A DNA stretch of 64,000 bases from Azolla caroliniana (taxonomy: Eukaryota > Plantae > Polypodiophyta): contig JBHGNT010000013.1 of NCBI GenBank assembly GCA_043228905.1, positions 20,026,001 through 20,090,000 on the forward strand, given 5' to 3'. The position numbers were made by a program, and so were the translations under genes. Shown here piece after piece: positions 37,689 through 53,092 of this stretch. Under the pieces are notes generated by a model, which was not told the origin of the DNA, did not search any database, and worked only from the letters and a program-made list of their open reading frames with translations. The number at the start of each line of letters is the position of its first letter. Position 1 is the first letter of the stretch.

Positions 37689-40600
37689 TCAGATGAATAT
37701 ATTTACAACTAGTGGAAGAAACATAAGTGTTGATGTCAACTTGGGTACATCATTTGTAACACGACTAGAAAGAATATTGCTTGTTTCTCGCGTACTTGGT
37801 GACGAGATAGGAGTTGGGGGTGCAGAGAATATCGAGAAAGGAATAAAGGGTGATGGAAATATTGCAGACGGTGAAGGAGAATTGGATGTTTCATTTGTTG
37901 TCCCTAATAACATTTTTGGCATTAAGAACAAATTAGTTGTTAGAACACGTAAAGACAAATAAGAGAAACTAAAACTATTTATCATTTCCATACTAATCAA
38001 ATGATATGCAAAACATGAACAACAGAGCCTATGTATGTTATTCATTAGTATGGGGTCAATAAACTGCATGCTTACATCAAGGCACGAGCACAAACATACA
38101 TTGTGTGCATATGAAATGAAATGGTGGGTAAGGTAAGCGTATTATAAATTACCACACATGAAGCATACTCTACGCACCATAATAAAGTAGAGGTATCAAT
38201 GACCCTTAACTAATTTTTTGAGACATTGTCTTAACCACATATGATGTATAGTATAGGCACCATAGTTAATCTAAAAGATTGAGTAGCTATGTCTCTTAAT
38301 TGACAACACTATTTTACAACACATGAGCACCTGACCAATAATTATAAACATGTATTGAGTAGCTATGTCTAGGCACCATAGTTAATCTAAAAGATTGAGT
38401 AGCTATGTCTCTTAGTTGACAACACTATTTTACAACACATGAGCAATTGTTGGTTTTTTTCTCACTTCTTTTGTAGATAAATATGAACCCAATAAGACAT
38501 GTCATGCCATCGAGATGCATTTGTGTGGGGAGTAGGCTAAATGTTTAAGTAGAACATGTTATGAAAACTGTATTAGTATATTATCTATCAATTCAATTGC
38601 TTCGATTGATATGTCAATAGTTCATTGATTCATTTGCTAAATCTAGAATTACTCTCACTTTTGGACATCAGTCTAGTAAAAAGTAATAGAATTTCTTGGT
38701 TCCTTTCTTTTGTAATGCAAACTTTGGACTTCGTCCAAATATCTTGAGATCTTGCATTCACTTAAAATTCTTGATATTAGCTCTTAGAGAACTTGATCAA
38801 ATGTCATCATGCACTTTCAATAATACACATGATTATGGTTGTAAAATAGACCATTAGGCTTGGTCACAACAGGTTCCTTCCCCCTTGATACGACAATTTG
38901 GGCTGCATCATCCCTTCTCTTTTACTTGCTTCTTAAACGAAGAATAGTCCTTAAGCAAGGCATACATTTAATTACCAAATCATATAGTGGTGTGAAAATC
39001 GGCACCAACTCCACTACTATTCTTCTCGATCGAACGACAAAAGGATATTTCAGTTCTATTTCCCAAGTTGATTACTTCAAAATACAAACTACTCTTTTGA
39101 ACCTACAAGAGTCCTCCAATCCCTCCTCAATTCAATAATAAGAAGCCCTAACACGTGTTCATAAAAGCTTTTGTCCGAGTCTACTTGCTTTTATATTAGA
39201 TTCCATACAATTCTCATTTGATCTATAAAATTTCCCATTCATTTTTTTTCCCGGGGTCAAATTTCACCAGCAAGGAACATTAATAAAAGCAATTATATAT
39301 GCACCAGAGATCAAACTCTACTATCCATCCAACGGCCAATGAATCTTGATAAATCTTGAAGACTAATATGAATTAATAGTCTGAAATGCTACTAATACCA
39401 TCCTCAGAATTTTTTTATTTTCAGAGATGAAACCTATCTGAAGAATGCAATAGAAGAAACAAGTCCTATACCACTACCACTAAAACAGACAACCACATGT
39501 AGTATGTAAGCCTAGACTGATTGGAGTATTCAATTTAAGATTGATCGGAAAATGCATCACAAACTAACTTGTTACCAAAAGCTAGACAAAATGTATTAAT
39601 TTGTTCATACCAAAACTTGAAAGAGGAAGTTGTTAGATCTTGAAATTTCCCAATTCTAACAAAAAGACACGTCGAAATCATTAGGGTGGTCGGCTGTTAA
39701 GTTGAAAAACAAGCTTCACCACTAACTATCTCATTTATGTGGATATTGGTGAGTCTAAAATATTTCCTATCAAAACTTATCATCCTACGAATACCTGCCT
39801 TGCCATTCAATGGGATATATACTATTCCTTTCTACACTCAAGTTGTAGGGAAAAAAACTTTCGACATCTGAAATGTCATTGGTAAAGCCAACATTTTAAG
39901 AGCAATTTGTAACTTGTCGATACTCAACTTACATTGACCTTAAATTTTGCAGAGCACAAGATCTACCATTACTCCATGTTTACAGTTCCAATTTAGATAT
40001 TAGATGGGTAAATTAATGGTTAATCTATACTAAGAATTAGAGTGTGGGTACTGTGTTCTAAAAGCTCTTGGACGTTGTATGAATTATGCAAGAAGCTTAC
40101 TATCAAAGTTCATATAGTGCTAATTCAGCGCTCAAAATGCTATTTTTTTTTTTTGCAGGTTTCTTGGATCGGGCTCTCAATCACACCAAATGTAAATGAA
40201 GGGAAACACAAGAGCATTGATTACACAGATGAGCCATATATCTAATACAACCGATTGTATGTATGTTGTGACTTATTCCACATGTGTATGCATGCCCCAG
40301 AATAGGTATTTATGCATCACACATCCAAACACACATTCCCAGTTATATGTATGTTTTGTATGTGTTTGTACGCATCTATGTATGCATGTTCATATATGAT
40401 ATTGTTTCCATAGATGTGTGTATGTTTGTATGGTGAAGTAAAGCATATACTTACTACTAGTGTGCCAACTAAACTGTGGTTAAGAGTAGGTGAATGACAA
40501 ATATAACAATGCTGGGAAGGAGAATTCAAAGAAATTTGTAGGCTAAGCTAGCTTGAGATGATGCTTACCATTAGTGTCGAGGAGGCATGCTGTGATTGAA

Positions 40601-40971
40601 GGAGGCACTGAGAGTCCACAGAGATTGACAGCATCCGAATAGAACGCCGTGCCATTCATGATGAGGCTTTCGTCGGTGAACTGGCAATAGCAGTCGGGTA
40701 TTGTCAAAAACGAAGTCGACAACTGGTCACAACAAAGGTGCAGTGAAGTGTCATGGATGTAACTAGCATTCTGACACACACTAAAGAGAGCCTGATAGCC
40801 CGATGAGCATGTCATGTTGATCCCTCCCATTGTACTATTGACCACAACTCTGGATGTAGGGCTGCTACTAGGGGTGATACTGTGGGATGGAGAAACTGAT
40901 GAGCATGTGAGGGTGGTGCATGTGCACAACAAGAGAAACATGGCCACTAGCACTAGGGGGAGGGGATTCAT
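37689..40971 (-). CDS. GPI-anchored non-specific lipid transfer protein (LTPG/xylogen-like), 205 aa, 2 exons
   Basis: Exon 1 40971-40569: signal peptide MNPLPLVLVAMFLLL and eight-cysteine motif C-x10-C-x13-CC-x12-CYC-x21-C-x10-C, donor GTAAGC. Exon 2 37903-37689: phase-1 join in frame, Ser/Pro-rich linker, hydrophobic tail LTSTLMFLPLVVNIFI*. Confidence 0.78.
38254..38446 (+). repeat. Short direct duplication (~76 bp, period ~116) in the LTPG intron
   Basis: taggcaccatagttaatctaaaagattgagtagctatgtctctta.ttgacaacactattttacaacacatgagca occurs at about 38254 and 38370. Confidence 0.8.
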
Positions 40972-42570
40972 ACCGACTTGATTGGTGTCCTGATAGTGAA
41001 GGATGATGATTCTAGCTAGCAACAGAAATTCGTTACCAATATTGGGGGATGTTAGTGCAAAGTTAAAGATGGTGGAGGTGGTTTCCTCTTTCATTTTCTT
41101 TTGTGAATGTGTGTGTGTATGTGTTTTCTGCACTTTGGAACGCACAACTAGTAGCAGTACCCCACGTCTTCCCCTCGTCTCATTCGATTTACACTTTTTT
41201 TTAAGTGCAAAAAGTGGAGCAAGTTTCCAAAACAAAAAGAAGAAGAAGAAGAAGAAGAAGAAGGAAGCAGGCCCACCCCCATCACATGCATGCATGCATT
41301 CATGCATCATTCACCTGCGTGACCCCCTTTCCCTCCCTTGCTTTGGAACTCCCTTCGCTCGTTTTCTTTTTTCACGCCTTTGTTGACTTTTGCCATGTCA
41401 TGCATGCTGCATCCAGTCATTGTACGCCCCAACAGCTAGATACAATTGTTTCTTTCTCTTTATTTCGCAGGCAGTTATTCGACAACCCTTGACACTTCAT
41501 AAGAATCCCAGTTTGTTGTAATCATTTTATTTCACATGTTTGGCTCAACTCTTCACCATAAAACGGTTGGATAACAACGTAGACACGCATACATTTTCTT
41601 ACCGGGCTCTACATCTTGAGATCAATCAGTATCGACCATAGTATGTCACTTCTCAGCACTCCTCCGATGTTAGTCCCACAAACTAAGATACGTTGGTAGG
41701 GTCATTTCCTTGAGTTGCATGCAATTGTTAGGCTTCAAGGTTGACAATCCTTGAGGCTTCACTGGAACTCACTCCATTTTGCAAGAACTATTACAATGAC
41801 CACAACAGTACACATTATGGCAGCTTGAGGTCAAGCATAATCCCTCTACTATGTTACTCGTAATAGCTAGAACCATAGGCTGCATATTCTTGATTTGTAG
41901 GCACTGGCTTTCAAAGCTGACAGCACTAGGGGCCATTACAAAGATCATAATGGTACATATGAATGAATGTATGTGTATAATATATAGATATAGATGTATT
42001 CATCTTTGGTATACTTCACAAATCCATTGGTGCACACACATCCAAGCATGCAATGTATATCTAGTGTTGCGTAAATTTTTCGTACTACAAAACACGTTCT
42101 CTAAGTTTGCAAGGAGATGGTTTCCCCATGCAACAGTCCTCCCCTGCACTGCAAACATAAAGATGAAACAACATTAAAGCAACATCCTGCTGAATCCATA
42201 CTCTTCTGCCACTAGTGCAGACAATTGGTACAGCATTGCTTTCCAGATTACCATAAAACTTGTGTAATATCATCATCTAATGAAAGAGCAATGCAGCACA
42301 AAAAACGCATGTTATACATTGCGATCTTTATCTAACTACACTAGGTACAATGGAAGAGTAATTCTTTTGTACCGTATGAATGACCTGTTTATGGCTTCCA
42401 CCCGCCGAAGGAGAAAAGACATTTAATAACATCTCTTCAAGAGTGATTCTACTTTTAGGTGAAATAATCAATGATAAAGAACCTCAATACAAACACCCCA
42501 CATCTGTAAAACCCTTCTATTTTTTCTATTCACTAAGTACTGTTGTACACGTATATGTCATTGTATCTAT

Positions 42571-45500
42571 CTATTCTTTCAATATCGATCTTCCCAAATT
42601 ACATGCAAGTGCCAGCCTTATACTTTGCACCGATTTACTGGACTTGTCCAAGGAATCTAGTTCATCATTCCCTGTACATATGAACAAATTCTGCAACTTC
42701 AGTAGAAGTGAGTTTGTCTCGGCTGCATTCAGTAGGACTTCTCCATTGAATTCCAGCAATTCAACCTGCACAAAAAATAATGAAGGGTTTTAGGGAGTGA
42801 GCATAATAAAGCCTTCATATATGATGATATTAGAAAAGGCACTGCTCCACATAACCAGGTAAATCTAAAAGCTAAATTCACATCCTCCTAATAAAAAAAC
42901 TATTGAGCATATAAACTTACTGCATCTTGCAGAAGCGGGAGAACAAACTTCTGTGGTGTAACAGAACCTCTCATTAGCTGCATTAAAGGAAAAATACAAA
43001 GTCAAGCTTCTAGTTGAGAATAAGGGCAATACCAAAAAAAATTGTTGGAATTCTCATTTAAGAAATTTTAAAGACCCATGTATCCTACTAGCATCAACCG
43101 TCTCGCTGCTTCTTTCCCAGTTGTATTTTGCAAATCAACACTTGCAAAGTTGACCTTACTATCTTGGAAATTGTAAAAGGAGACTTTAAAATCTCGAAAC
43201 CTAAGTTCACCAACCAGGAAAAACAATTACTGTGAAACGCCCATAATGGAACTAGCAGTCAATAATGACTACTATCAACAACAATAATAATAAAACATCA
43301 AACCTGTGCAAGAACCCAAGCCCCCCAAATCCTTCAAACTGAGGTCCTAAGAGGTCAATCAGACCTTCAAGTTCCCCCACATTTCTCTGGGATACTAAGG
43401 TAAGCAACTCATTAGCTGCAGCAGACAATCGGCCATAATCACGCGCACGTTGTAACCAAGAGATTCCCATTCCTTTTCTCCCTTGCTTCCAATAATGTAC
43501 ACCTATAATCTGCCGTCAAAAATAGGATTATTGTAGCTTTTTATTGAAATGCTATCAGTAAAAAAGGATTTTGATTTCAATCTTATTCATAAAGCCATGA
43601 TTATGTAATAGGCTAGCCCTCAACTATCTTAGGCTTCAGGTAAACTTCTTTCAGCACAAAATCAACATACGGTAATAATATTAATAAATGTTAAATGAAC
43701 ATATTTTGACTATATACAATACCCCAGAAAGGAAATATCATTATTTTCTAGGGATTAAGTCATGGTGCTGGTTCCTGCTATATAGAAGATGCCATAGATC
43801 GGTGACTCTGACGCATCACTACAGAATTTCCAAGACTTGGTGCTTCAAAGTATGAATATCCCCTTTTAGGAAGGAGACACATCAAGATAACTTTTGTACT
43901 TAGGTAGGTCCTGTGGGTCAATATTGGCCTCTCTTTGGACAATAAAAAATATCTATCTATAGCAGAAAATTACAAAAATCTGTGTCTACGATGAAAGGAT
44001 GAAATTATTTTTTATGACACAGATAGATTAGCTTCGTTACCCATGCCATAATGGGAGATAAGGAAACCATTTAGTTGTAGGTTTTACTGAGACAGATAGA
44101 CTGTAAGGAAAAGGCATCATTTCACAGAGTTCACCAAAGAGACTAAATGATATCTCACAAGATAAAATTTCATGATTACTGGAAGTTAAGATGAGAAACC
44201 TACCTGCATATACTTTTCTGAAACATGTCTAAGTTCATACATACGACAAATATCAAGAACCTGCCAAAACCCCAACTTTGTTAGAACCTTTTATCTTAGA
44301 CGCAGAAATTTGGATATTTTTCTCCTGGAGATTACAATTTATTATTAATTACCAAAGAACCATAGTATCCTCAATGCATACTTTCAGATGTGTTTGAGTG
44401 TGGTCAGAGATTGGTTGCATGAGCAGCAGCTTCTCCAAGAATCCTTGTCCTTTTCTGGGACATGATGCTAAATATAACGGAGCCAACTGCCATGTGCAAG
44501 GATGTGAAGACAGTAGCTGTGCATATACAAGCCGATGATGCTCTTCCAAACTAATGCCATCAAGCTCCTCCCTTTCTCCTAAAAGAAAATCTTGAGCCTG
44601 AATATTTCGGGCTGATAACAGTTCCACTATGTGGGTCATCATCCTATAAAAGATAAGAAGGAAGGTTCACATATCAGTGGAATTCACAAAACTATTCAGA
44701 TCAATGATTACATTAAGATAATTACCATGGGTCAAAAAGTTTACGACATTCGATAAGCACCACCTGCAAATATATATCTTTCAGATCTTGACAACATGTC
44801 AACTAATCTTACAAAATAGATTTAAAACATAACACAGTTGTCAAGAAAAAACCAATTAAGAAAAGCAACATATTCATGTATAAACAATTTTCTTGCGTAA
44901 CAGTGTTTCTCTGGAATTCTTAATAATTAAGTGCAATGTGTGTGTATCTTAATGATGACCATAAAATCACTTAAAATTTCAGAAATGAAAACGTTTCCTC
45001 GGACATTTTTCGCCTCAAAACAGCTCTTGAAACATTTCGGCCTCACCAGAAACCTTTCCACTGGGCTTCAATAATCAAACATAGAGTAGTCAAATAATTA
45101 AATCCAAGAACTCACAATAGTCATCCTGGATAGGACCTTCAGAACATTTTAGCCATCTTTTTCAGGGATTCAGGAGCTGTATGAATGAAAAAATCCTATT
45201 GTCACAACAGCAAGCCTAAGCCACTTGGTTCGTCACTCAATTCTCAGGAAGGGAAACGGGCAGGAGAAAAGAAAGTTCTTACAAATCACAGAAATGCAAT
45301 GAAGGCTTTCGCATTCTCATAATGTCTCTTGCTCCCTTGTTGGACTCTCATCAATCTTTGGAATGTTGATTGTCTACTGAAGGGTCTACTCTATTATTTG
45401 ACTCTGATAATGGAAGTAGGATGGGAATATGTAGGTCAAGTACAGCTATATAATTCTTAGCAACATGAATAAAATCAGTTGCACAAGCATGTTTATGATT

Positions 45501-48500
45501 GCAGGGGTAGGAGCTGCAAACATATTGTGATCATCCAGGTGTTTTAGCCATTTTTACTAGAATTTGAAAATAAAACATAAAGATAAATTTTCAATATCCA
45601 TCAGTGAACCATTTATAATGTAACATCAAATGATTCATAAATCAAGTTGTGCTTCAGAATTGTTTTCTTAATTTTAATATAAAAAATCCTGTTGTATATG
45701 TTCATAATATTCGAACTTCTCAATGTTCAGATCTATTTATAACACATTGCATTACAACACTGATATGCGGTAATCTGAATGGAAATACTAGCTATCTCCG
45801 TTACTGTTAATGTGATGAGGTTATGGGCATGTCAATGACCTTTTTATGCCAGACAGATGTGCATCCATTAGCTTAGTATTACTAGGAAGTCATTATCATC
45901 AATGTGAAAAGATGGTGGTCTGGAAAGAAATGCATCTCCATCTCCAAGGGGCACAACAGCATTTCCCTAAACTATGCATAAACAATCTAATGTTCTCATT
46001 CGAGACTAAGCATGGGATTCGTAACCTTCCCAAGTTTACGGAACAATACATGACTTTGTTCATCAACTAACAGCAGGATCTGATCAGGGAAAATTTATCA
46101 TGGACTATATTTTCACCTACTGTTTCCTCATTTAATTTTACACCTTTAACATCCTTTCAGAGCAAAAGTGGGAAGGAGGTGAATTAGGCCTTTTACTGCT
46201 TACCAGTATAGGCTTTTGTTTAACCAGCTCTAGTCATAAGACGGGGACAGGAGCACAGGAATGGTAGACCCAACTACACTACATTTCCTGTGATTTGCGC
46301 TTCGCAAGTGGATGGAGGATTCTGATTCCTTATTCCCAGTCACATGTAGAATCTTGACTAATCTTACAGACTGCCAACTCATCAGACAATATGAATTAGA
46401 ATAGACGAGGGAGAATAACCATGAAAAGAATCTGCCTCCAAAACTTCTGCAGCACCATCACATACACATATATTTTTCTTCTAATCAACAACAAAGAGTT
46501 TTATGAAGTACTCAGCAAATCTTTCACCAATTAAGTCAAAGATCATTTCCAAAATGACACATTGAGCCTCATCATTCAGAATTAATCCTAAAATGACACA
46601 ACAACCCCATTGAAAATTTTCTCATTACATCTACTGCTATCTAGTTGTAGTGCAACGATTGGCTTTTGAATCATTGCAATTTGCATCAAAAAGATGCCCA
46701 AACAGTTCATCCTTTATTATATATTGGACAAAAAATCGGATAGCTATATAAAGCTAGGGCTGTTGACCTAATGTAAGTTTCATCATAACATTGATCAACG
46801 ATCACTTATGTACTCAACAAGGCAATATTAGGAAATCTGAAAATTCGAGTGCTAAAAATGAAAATTCACTAAACTTGAAGAATAATCTAGATGTGTGTAG
46901 GCTTAACAAAACCAACTTCCAACATTTGAGTCATCAAATTATCATGGGAATATGCGCTCTACAAGATTTTAATATTATATTTCATCCATGACCATGGTAG
47001 TATAGATAGCATCAAATATACCTGTGTGTTCTCTCCAAGAATGCCCAGTAAAAGCTCAAACAAAAAGTCATTTTCTGCAGGTGCTTTGAGTTGCACACAT
47101 TTTCTCGCCAGTCCTAGAATCCCTTCAGAAACCTGTACCAATTTACAAAGAGAAAGAAAAAAGATATATGAATGTCTTTTTGAGAGGCCAAAATGTACTA
47201 TGAGACCAAATGAGAGATACATCTTTGAGAACAATCAACCAAAATAAATATAACTAAACTAGTAGAATTGTCTAAGGTAATAATGAATCTCATTCACTTA
47301 GCACATAAGGTTCTGCATTTAGATGGACTGAACCTTCTGCCTTGAAAAGATCTCCATCATGGGCAGATCCAAGACGGAGAAGTCTTGAAGAGAGGGAAGC
47401 ATCTTCAATGTCAACTGATAATGGCCTTTATCAGTTGATGACAAGGTCAAGGTCTTGGTCCCAATGGACATGGCCTACTTGACAAATTGCTATTGCCCAA
47501 TCGATTATAGCCTCTTTTGAGTGTTGTGCTCAAGATCCTACTCTATGTAACCCTTAACAGATTCATAGCATGAGAAAAAGTCATGAAGCAGTGGAAAGTT
47601 GCGATAGTTCATTCTTTTGTTGATGATTGTTGTCATTATATTGTCAATCCTCAACTCTCTATGTCATTCTTTATCAGTTGATTGTTTCTGGCAAGAAAAA
47701 TCCCAAGAACCATTGGTCTTTGTATGCAATTACCTAAAGCCAGGGATAGAGCATTTATATTTATGTTATGTGATTGGAACAAATCTTGCATTTCAGCAAA
47801 CCAACCATGATTATCTTCATGTTCAGTTAGCTGTTTTGATGGCATAAGTGTCAGTCTTGAGAGCCTTTCCTGCGGGAGCTCCCAAATCAGGTGGTTACCA
47901 GTCATTGATCGGAACATTTCCTTGGTCATTATTGGAATATTGATCCCATCTCCACCTGCATTATCTCCTAGAGTTAATGCTTTGCTTCTTATCATGCAGG
48001 TAATCATCTAGACTAAAGGTCTCTCCAAATCTGTCTAGTTATATGCCCTATAAAGGCTCAATACCTCAAGTTTCTACTCTATAGAGAAGAGACTGTGTTA
48101 AAGGGCATCAAATTATCGCAATTTAGTTCACGGTTCTTAAAACTGTATGTCTTTCAAAGGCACTGAGTGCTATAGATCCATGAGAAAGATGCACACAAGC
48201 AGCCTCCTAGATGTGTAAGAATGTGTAATAAAATGTCATCAGCATATAATAACGTTGGTATGGCTATCCCCGCCAAGCATACTCCTGGACTACCCAATCC
48301 CTCTATGTAATTAGATACCCCATCTATATCAAAACCAAAGAAGAGTGTGGGTGATAGTGGGCATCCTTATTTTACTCCAATCATGCTAGCCGCAACCTCC
48401 AACAAACCCATGAGGAACACACATTTTTCCTGCCATCAATTCATATAGTGCATAGAGTCTCCATTGCATGTGACCAACACAGTAAAATTTCAGAAGATTT

Positions 48501-51500
48501 CTGAAAATCCCCAAAGCAGCAAGAAATTCTCCTCTTATGGACTATTTTTTCCAAAATGGGCTCAGAGGGCCATTATATGATCCAAAGTGGTGGACCCTTC
48601 TCAAAACCTGCCTGTTCTGCTGAACAAACAAATTCTTGTCTTTGCACATACACCCGAATTCAAACGCTAGGTTTGAGCTGAATTGTTTGGCCAAGTAATG
48701 GCCAATCATGGTTATCCAATAGTTCATAGGTATCATGGGATCCTTACTCTTAAATGTTGGTACAATGGTATGTTCTGTCCAATTCCGATGAATGGCATCT
48801 GTCCCCTTTGTGGAGTAAAAAGGTGAATTCCCACGAGTGTGAGCCCCGTGGGTTGGTGAAGGGGTGTTGCTCGCAAATGTCATATAGTACCTTTACATAT
48901 TCTTGCCAAGCCTGAGGTGAAGTTAGTTGTGTCCTAGATTACCTCTTGTTAAACATTTTCCATGCTCTTTTATTTTCATGGCCAAGGAACAACCAGTAAC
49001 CTCTTTCAAATCTAGCCAAATATGGACTCTTCTTCTTCCTCAAAACGCATGAGAAGGTTGCTCTTGCTTGCTCATGTGTACAAATTCTTAAGGTCAATTC
49101 ATGTTGGAACATTCCTTGTACCACATAAAACCCTCATCATACCAATTATTTTGTGGCCCTACCATGTCTGTGTTGCCGATGGTGGTGTGGGGAAAAGCAT
49201 TTGATATGACCTATTATTACACAATCCCATGAGGCCAGAATGACCTACGATATCAAACAAGACCTCAAGAGGAAAGAAGAGGATAATTGTTCACTGAAAT
49301 TGTACAAAAAAGCAGTTTTCAGATTTGAGCAAAAACATGTTCCATAATCTCCAGTCAATAGAAAACATTTTTCAAGAGCTTTGGGAAGCAAGATACAAAT
49401 TAGATCAATGACACCTGGCCAAATGCTTCAACCCTTGAAATTTCCAAATGATTTTGTAAACAGTACCCACGCAAAACAGCAAATCATTTACAATCGGAGC
49501 AGACTGTCTGAATGGTTATATACAGATAATAAGAGTTTGTCCCAATACCCAAACGCTGAAGTGGGGAATTTATTATTTCAATGATGCATCTTGATGTTGT
49601 GAAACCCCTTGATTTGGTAAGATTCTATGGTTGATACTACTGCATTTGTACTTATCCAAACATATGCCATAGATATCCATATACATATGTGTTCAGCCTA
49701 GAGGGAAGTTATGAGCGTTATGTTCATCACATACACGATCATATCTATATATACTATACATGCATGTATATTATATGTATGTTTGTATGTACATATATGT
49801 ACACAGATAAATGTACAGGCAATGACTATATAAGCATACCATATAGATATACATATACATATATAGAGAGAGAGAGAGAAAGAGATACATATAGAGAGAG
49901 AGATAGAGATGTGTGTGTGTCTCACTCTTCTGGCTTTCATTATAGCTGAAGATATGTCTATAGACCCAGTTTTCTTAATTAACAAATACAGTTTCCTTAA
50001 TTACTTAAAATGAGGAGCAAAGTATTTACCACCAGAAAGGGCCTTATAAATAGAAAATGTGAAACTAAAAGCTCCATCCAATGGGTCGTTGCTGTAGAAA
50101 GTGTATCAACATCCCCAAGTAGTACTAACAGCAACTTTTTTAAGCCAGCTAAGGTGCCTTGGTGCGTACAGTCAGACCAGAATGAACTCCTATTCAGTTT
50201 TATAATTTGATTGCGCCATTTGTCCCAAGCCTTTATAAACAAACAAACAGACACAAAGTCATAAGCCCAAAAAAAGAAACTAGTTAAAATGTCTTCCACT
50301 TAAATGGAGTTAAAACGTCAGTCAGGCAAAAAGATATGAAATCTGCATACCTTGGAAAATTCTGGTTTAAAATTGTACGTCATCCCTAGCTTCTCATCTG
50401 TAGTACTTGGCCGCAATCGTGGCATTTTGGAGATTAAGACAGCAACAGCCTCTACTAAGCCATTCTCTGTCTGGATTAATCAACTATGTCAATCTCCTTT
50501 TAAAATATGCAGTATTGAAATCATCAGAATCAGTTTGGAGCAAAAACATGAAAAAAAATACCTGCCGGTCATCTATTTGATTGTGCTGATAAGAACCATG
50601 CATCCTTAAACATTTTACCTGTGTCACACAACAAATAACCCTAAGGAAAAATGACGATAAAAAGTCTATGGATTAACGAAAGCATATAATTCATACCACA
50701 ATATCAAGCCATCCAACAGAAAGAGCTGATGCTATGCAATCCCAATAGTCTGCATCATCTTCTGGAAACTGGAAAGTAAAATGAGTTCAAAACCTCTCCA
50801 CAGAAATTATTAAAAAATTGATATTTTTATTAGATTCAACAATTTAGACAACTTTGAATGGCTACCTCCATGTTGAGGAATTTGTTTTGACAACTTGCAA
50901 GCTTGAACTGGATGGTTGGTTCCACTCTTGAAAGCACTCGATCATAGCTCTAACAAGGTTGACAGCATTAAGAACAACGCCAATGGTATAAATAGCATAT
51001 TTTCATTAGAGGAAAATAGAGGAGCTACCTCCAACCAGCTAAAAAGCTGTTCAGTTATCCATGATGATGCATGTTTATCCACAAAAACGATCTCCAAGAG
51101 ATCCCAGATAGCCTTTACCAAAGTGGATCGTGTCTCCTAAGATTTAAACAAATCTGAGATTGGGATCATTTTAGGCTATAGCCATAGTTTTTTCTTTTAC
51201 CAGATTTAAGAATTAAATAAAAAGCAAGTTTTAAAACACACAATCTCTTTTGTTCCTTTTTCTGATGGTTTAATTGCTGGTCCAAGGATTGCACTTATGC
51301 TGCGACTGTACTCGAGTACACTTTCCCACCTACATAGGAAAATTTCTGTCAAGCAAAATAAATCTGTCTGCAAAAGACTAATGCAATCTCCATAGAAATA
51401 AACACATTTATGCAATTTTCTTCATGGTAGCTTCTCCGTTTTGCAATTTAACAAACAAATCAAATGAGATAAGTTTACCTACCTCAAAGAAGCTTACTTC

Positions 51501-52287
51501 ATCTAAAGAGATACCGTGAAGATAGAGAGGTCGGCTTAACTTATGAAAGTGTTATCTATCTCAATGTATGCAGCTTAGCAACAAACCAAAAGGGATACGC
51601 AGAAATTACTGAAGCTTAATTCATTTAAGCATTACACGACGAATTCGAAGAGTTGCTTGATTTTATGTCACGTAAACATACAGTTTAGCAACGAAAATAA
51701 AATTAACTTGCCGAATCCATCAATCTTAAGTTAGAAACGCATCAAAAGAGATAAGAGTCCACTTATGTAAGCTTAGTTAGTCTCAAATTACGCAACCAAA
51801 TTTTTTGCTTGATTTTACTTCATCTAAACATATAGCTTGGCAGCAGAAAGGAAAGTGGATTATGATTAATCTTAGATTACCAGTCGGATGGTAACGGTAA
51901 GGAGCCTCCAGACTGAAGAACCACCTGTTTTCGTCGGCTCTGAAGCAACGCAAAAGGAGCAATAGAATCGTAAAGCAATCTACGGTTTGCAGAGCTGGTA
52001 ACATCATCGTCACCATCGTTTTCATTCGATCCAACCTTCACTTCCACGATTTTACAACCAGGAAGTGAAGAAGATGGAGGGGCGCCCTGCTCCTCCGAGT
52101 GAAGATAAGAGATTCTGAGCCGATTGCCCAGACCCCAAGAGATGGAAACGTTTGGTGAAGTGTGAGGAGGGAGGCCATGGCTCTGGTTCTGGTTCTGGTT
52201 CTGGTTATGGCGATGGAGAGGGATCAAAGATTTCTGGCTGTGGTTCGGTTGCAGAGAAGGAGCATCGCTTTCTGGCCAGCCAGGCAT
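42571..52287 (-). CDS. NUP85: Nuclear pore complex protein NUP85 (multi-exon, at least 15 exons)
   Basis: N-terminus MPG...SISWGLGNRLRIS...RRLLYDSIAPFALLQSRR..WWESVLEYSR; internal KAIWDLLEI, AWDKWRNQI, HWMELLVSHFLFIRPF, WMMTHIVELL, TWQLAPLYLASC, GISWLQRARD; C-terminus IRLALACNLGRSILKE*. All recalled as matching plant NUP85; GT-AG junctions checked for several exons only. Confidence 0.9.
47150..49210 (-). mobile_element. Degenerate RTEX-like LINE in a NUP85 intron
   Basis: Family 3' UTR and tail at 47150-47500; RT-region remnants ([12 protein letters not shown] on - near 48340-48380; ORFs 48542-48883 and 48939-49124 match the linker/RT at about 19500-20250). Confidence 0.8.
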
Positions 52288-53092
52288 TGTCTAGGGTTTC
52301 TGCCCGATTGCGTCCCGCTCTCTGTTGATGCAGCACAGAATATGTAGTAGCAAGTCGAGTACAGCATACAGGCAGTAGTAGTAGTAGCAGTAGCAGTGGT
52401 AGGTTACAGTACATACTATAAGAGATAGTTATGTATCATCTGAGGCGGCCTTTACTTTATTCCCCGACATACCCCTGGCCGACCAAGGGGCATATTGGGA
52501 AATTCAACCAAAAAAATGCAAGGGTATTTCAAGATGCATCGAGTCTTTCTCGGAGATAGCAGGGAAGCTGGAGTAAATGTATTTTTGGGGGAGATAATGG
52601 AAGAAATAGGGGTATGGCATAATAAAGCAAAATGCAAGGGTGTTCCAGATCCCCCACGTATCCCCCTCGGTTCTGTTTGTTGTCCCCCCTCCCTCCCTCT
52701 TCATCTGCCTATGTCCTGCCCTATTGGAAGTAGGAGAGATATACTAACCATAGGATAGAGCTCATTAAGAAAGGTATACAAGGAAGTAATGAATGCTTGA
52801 GGGCCTATGGAGGAGTAACTAAAAATGTAATGGTATTCCAATGTTTTTCCATTCATGTATTGATAGGAAATTGTACTTAAAAGAGTATCTATGGTTGTTC
52901 AATTGGATTCCCGTAATAACCCTAGTGATCAAAATTTACTCTTCTCTCAAAACTTCAAAAATATTTCACTGAAACATCGAGCAAGATTGTATCAAGTCAT
53001 GAGTATTTCCAAAACAACGGTCAATGAACGAGTTGGTATATTGGTCCTTTATGCATCTATCCATTGTTGGTTTGCACTTAGTGGGTAGCCTA

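Noticed and set aside
40972-41492. N-terminal extension of ORF 40543-41310 and overlapping + ORFs (poly-Phe, poly-Lys, poly-Arg)
   Set aside because: Products of (AAG)n and (TG)n microsatellites in the LTPG 5' region; the signal peptide starts at ATG 40971.
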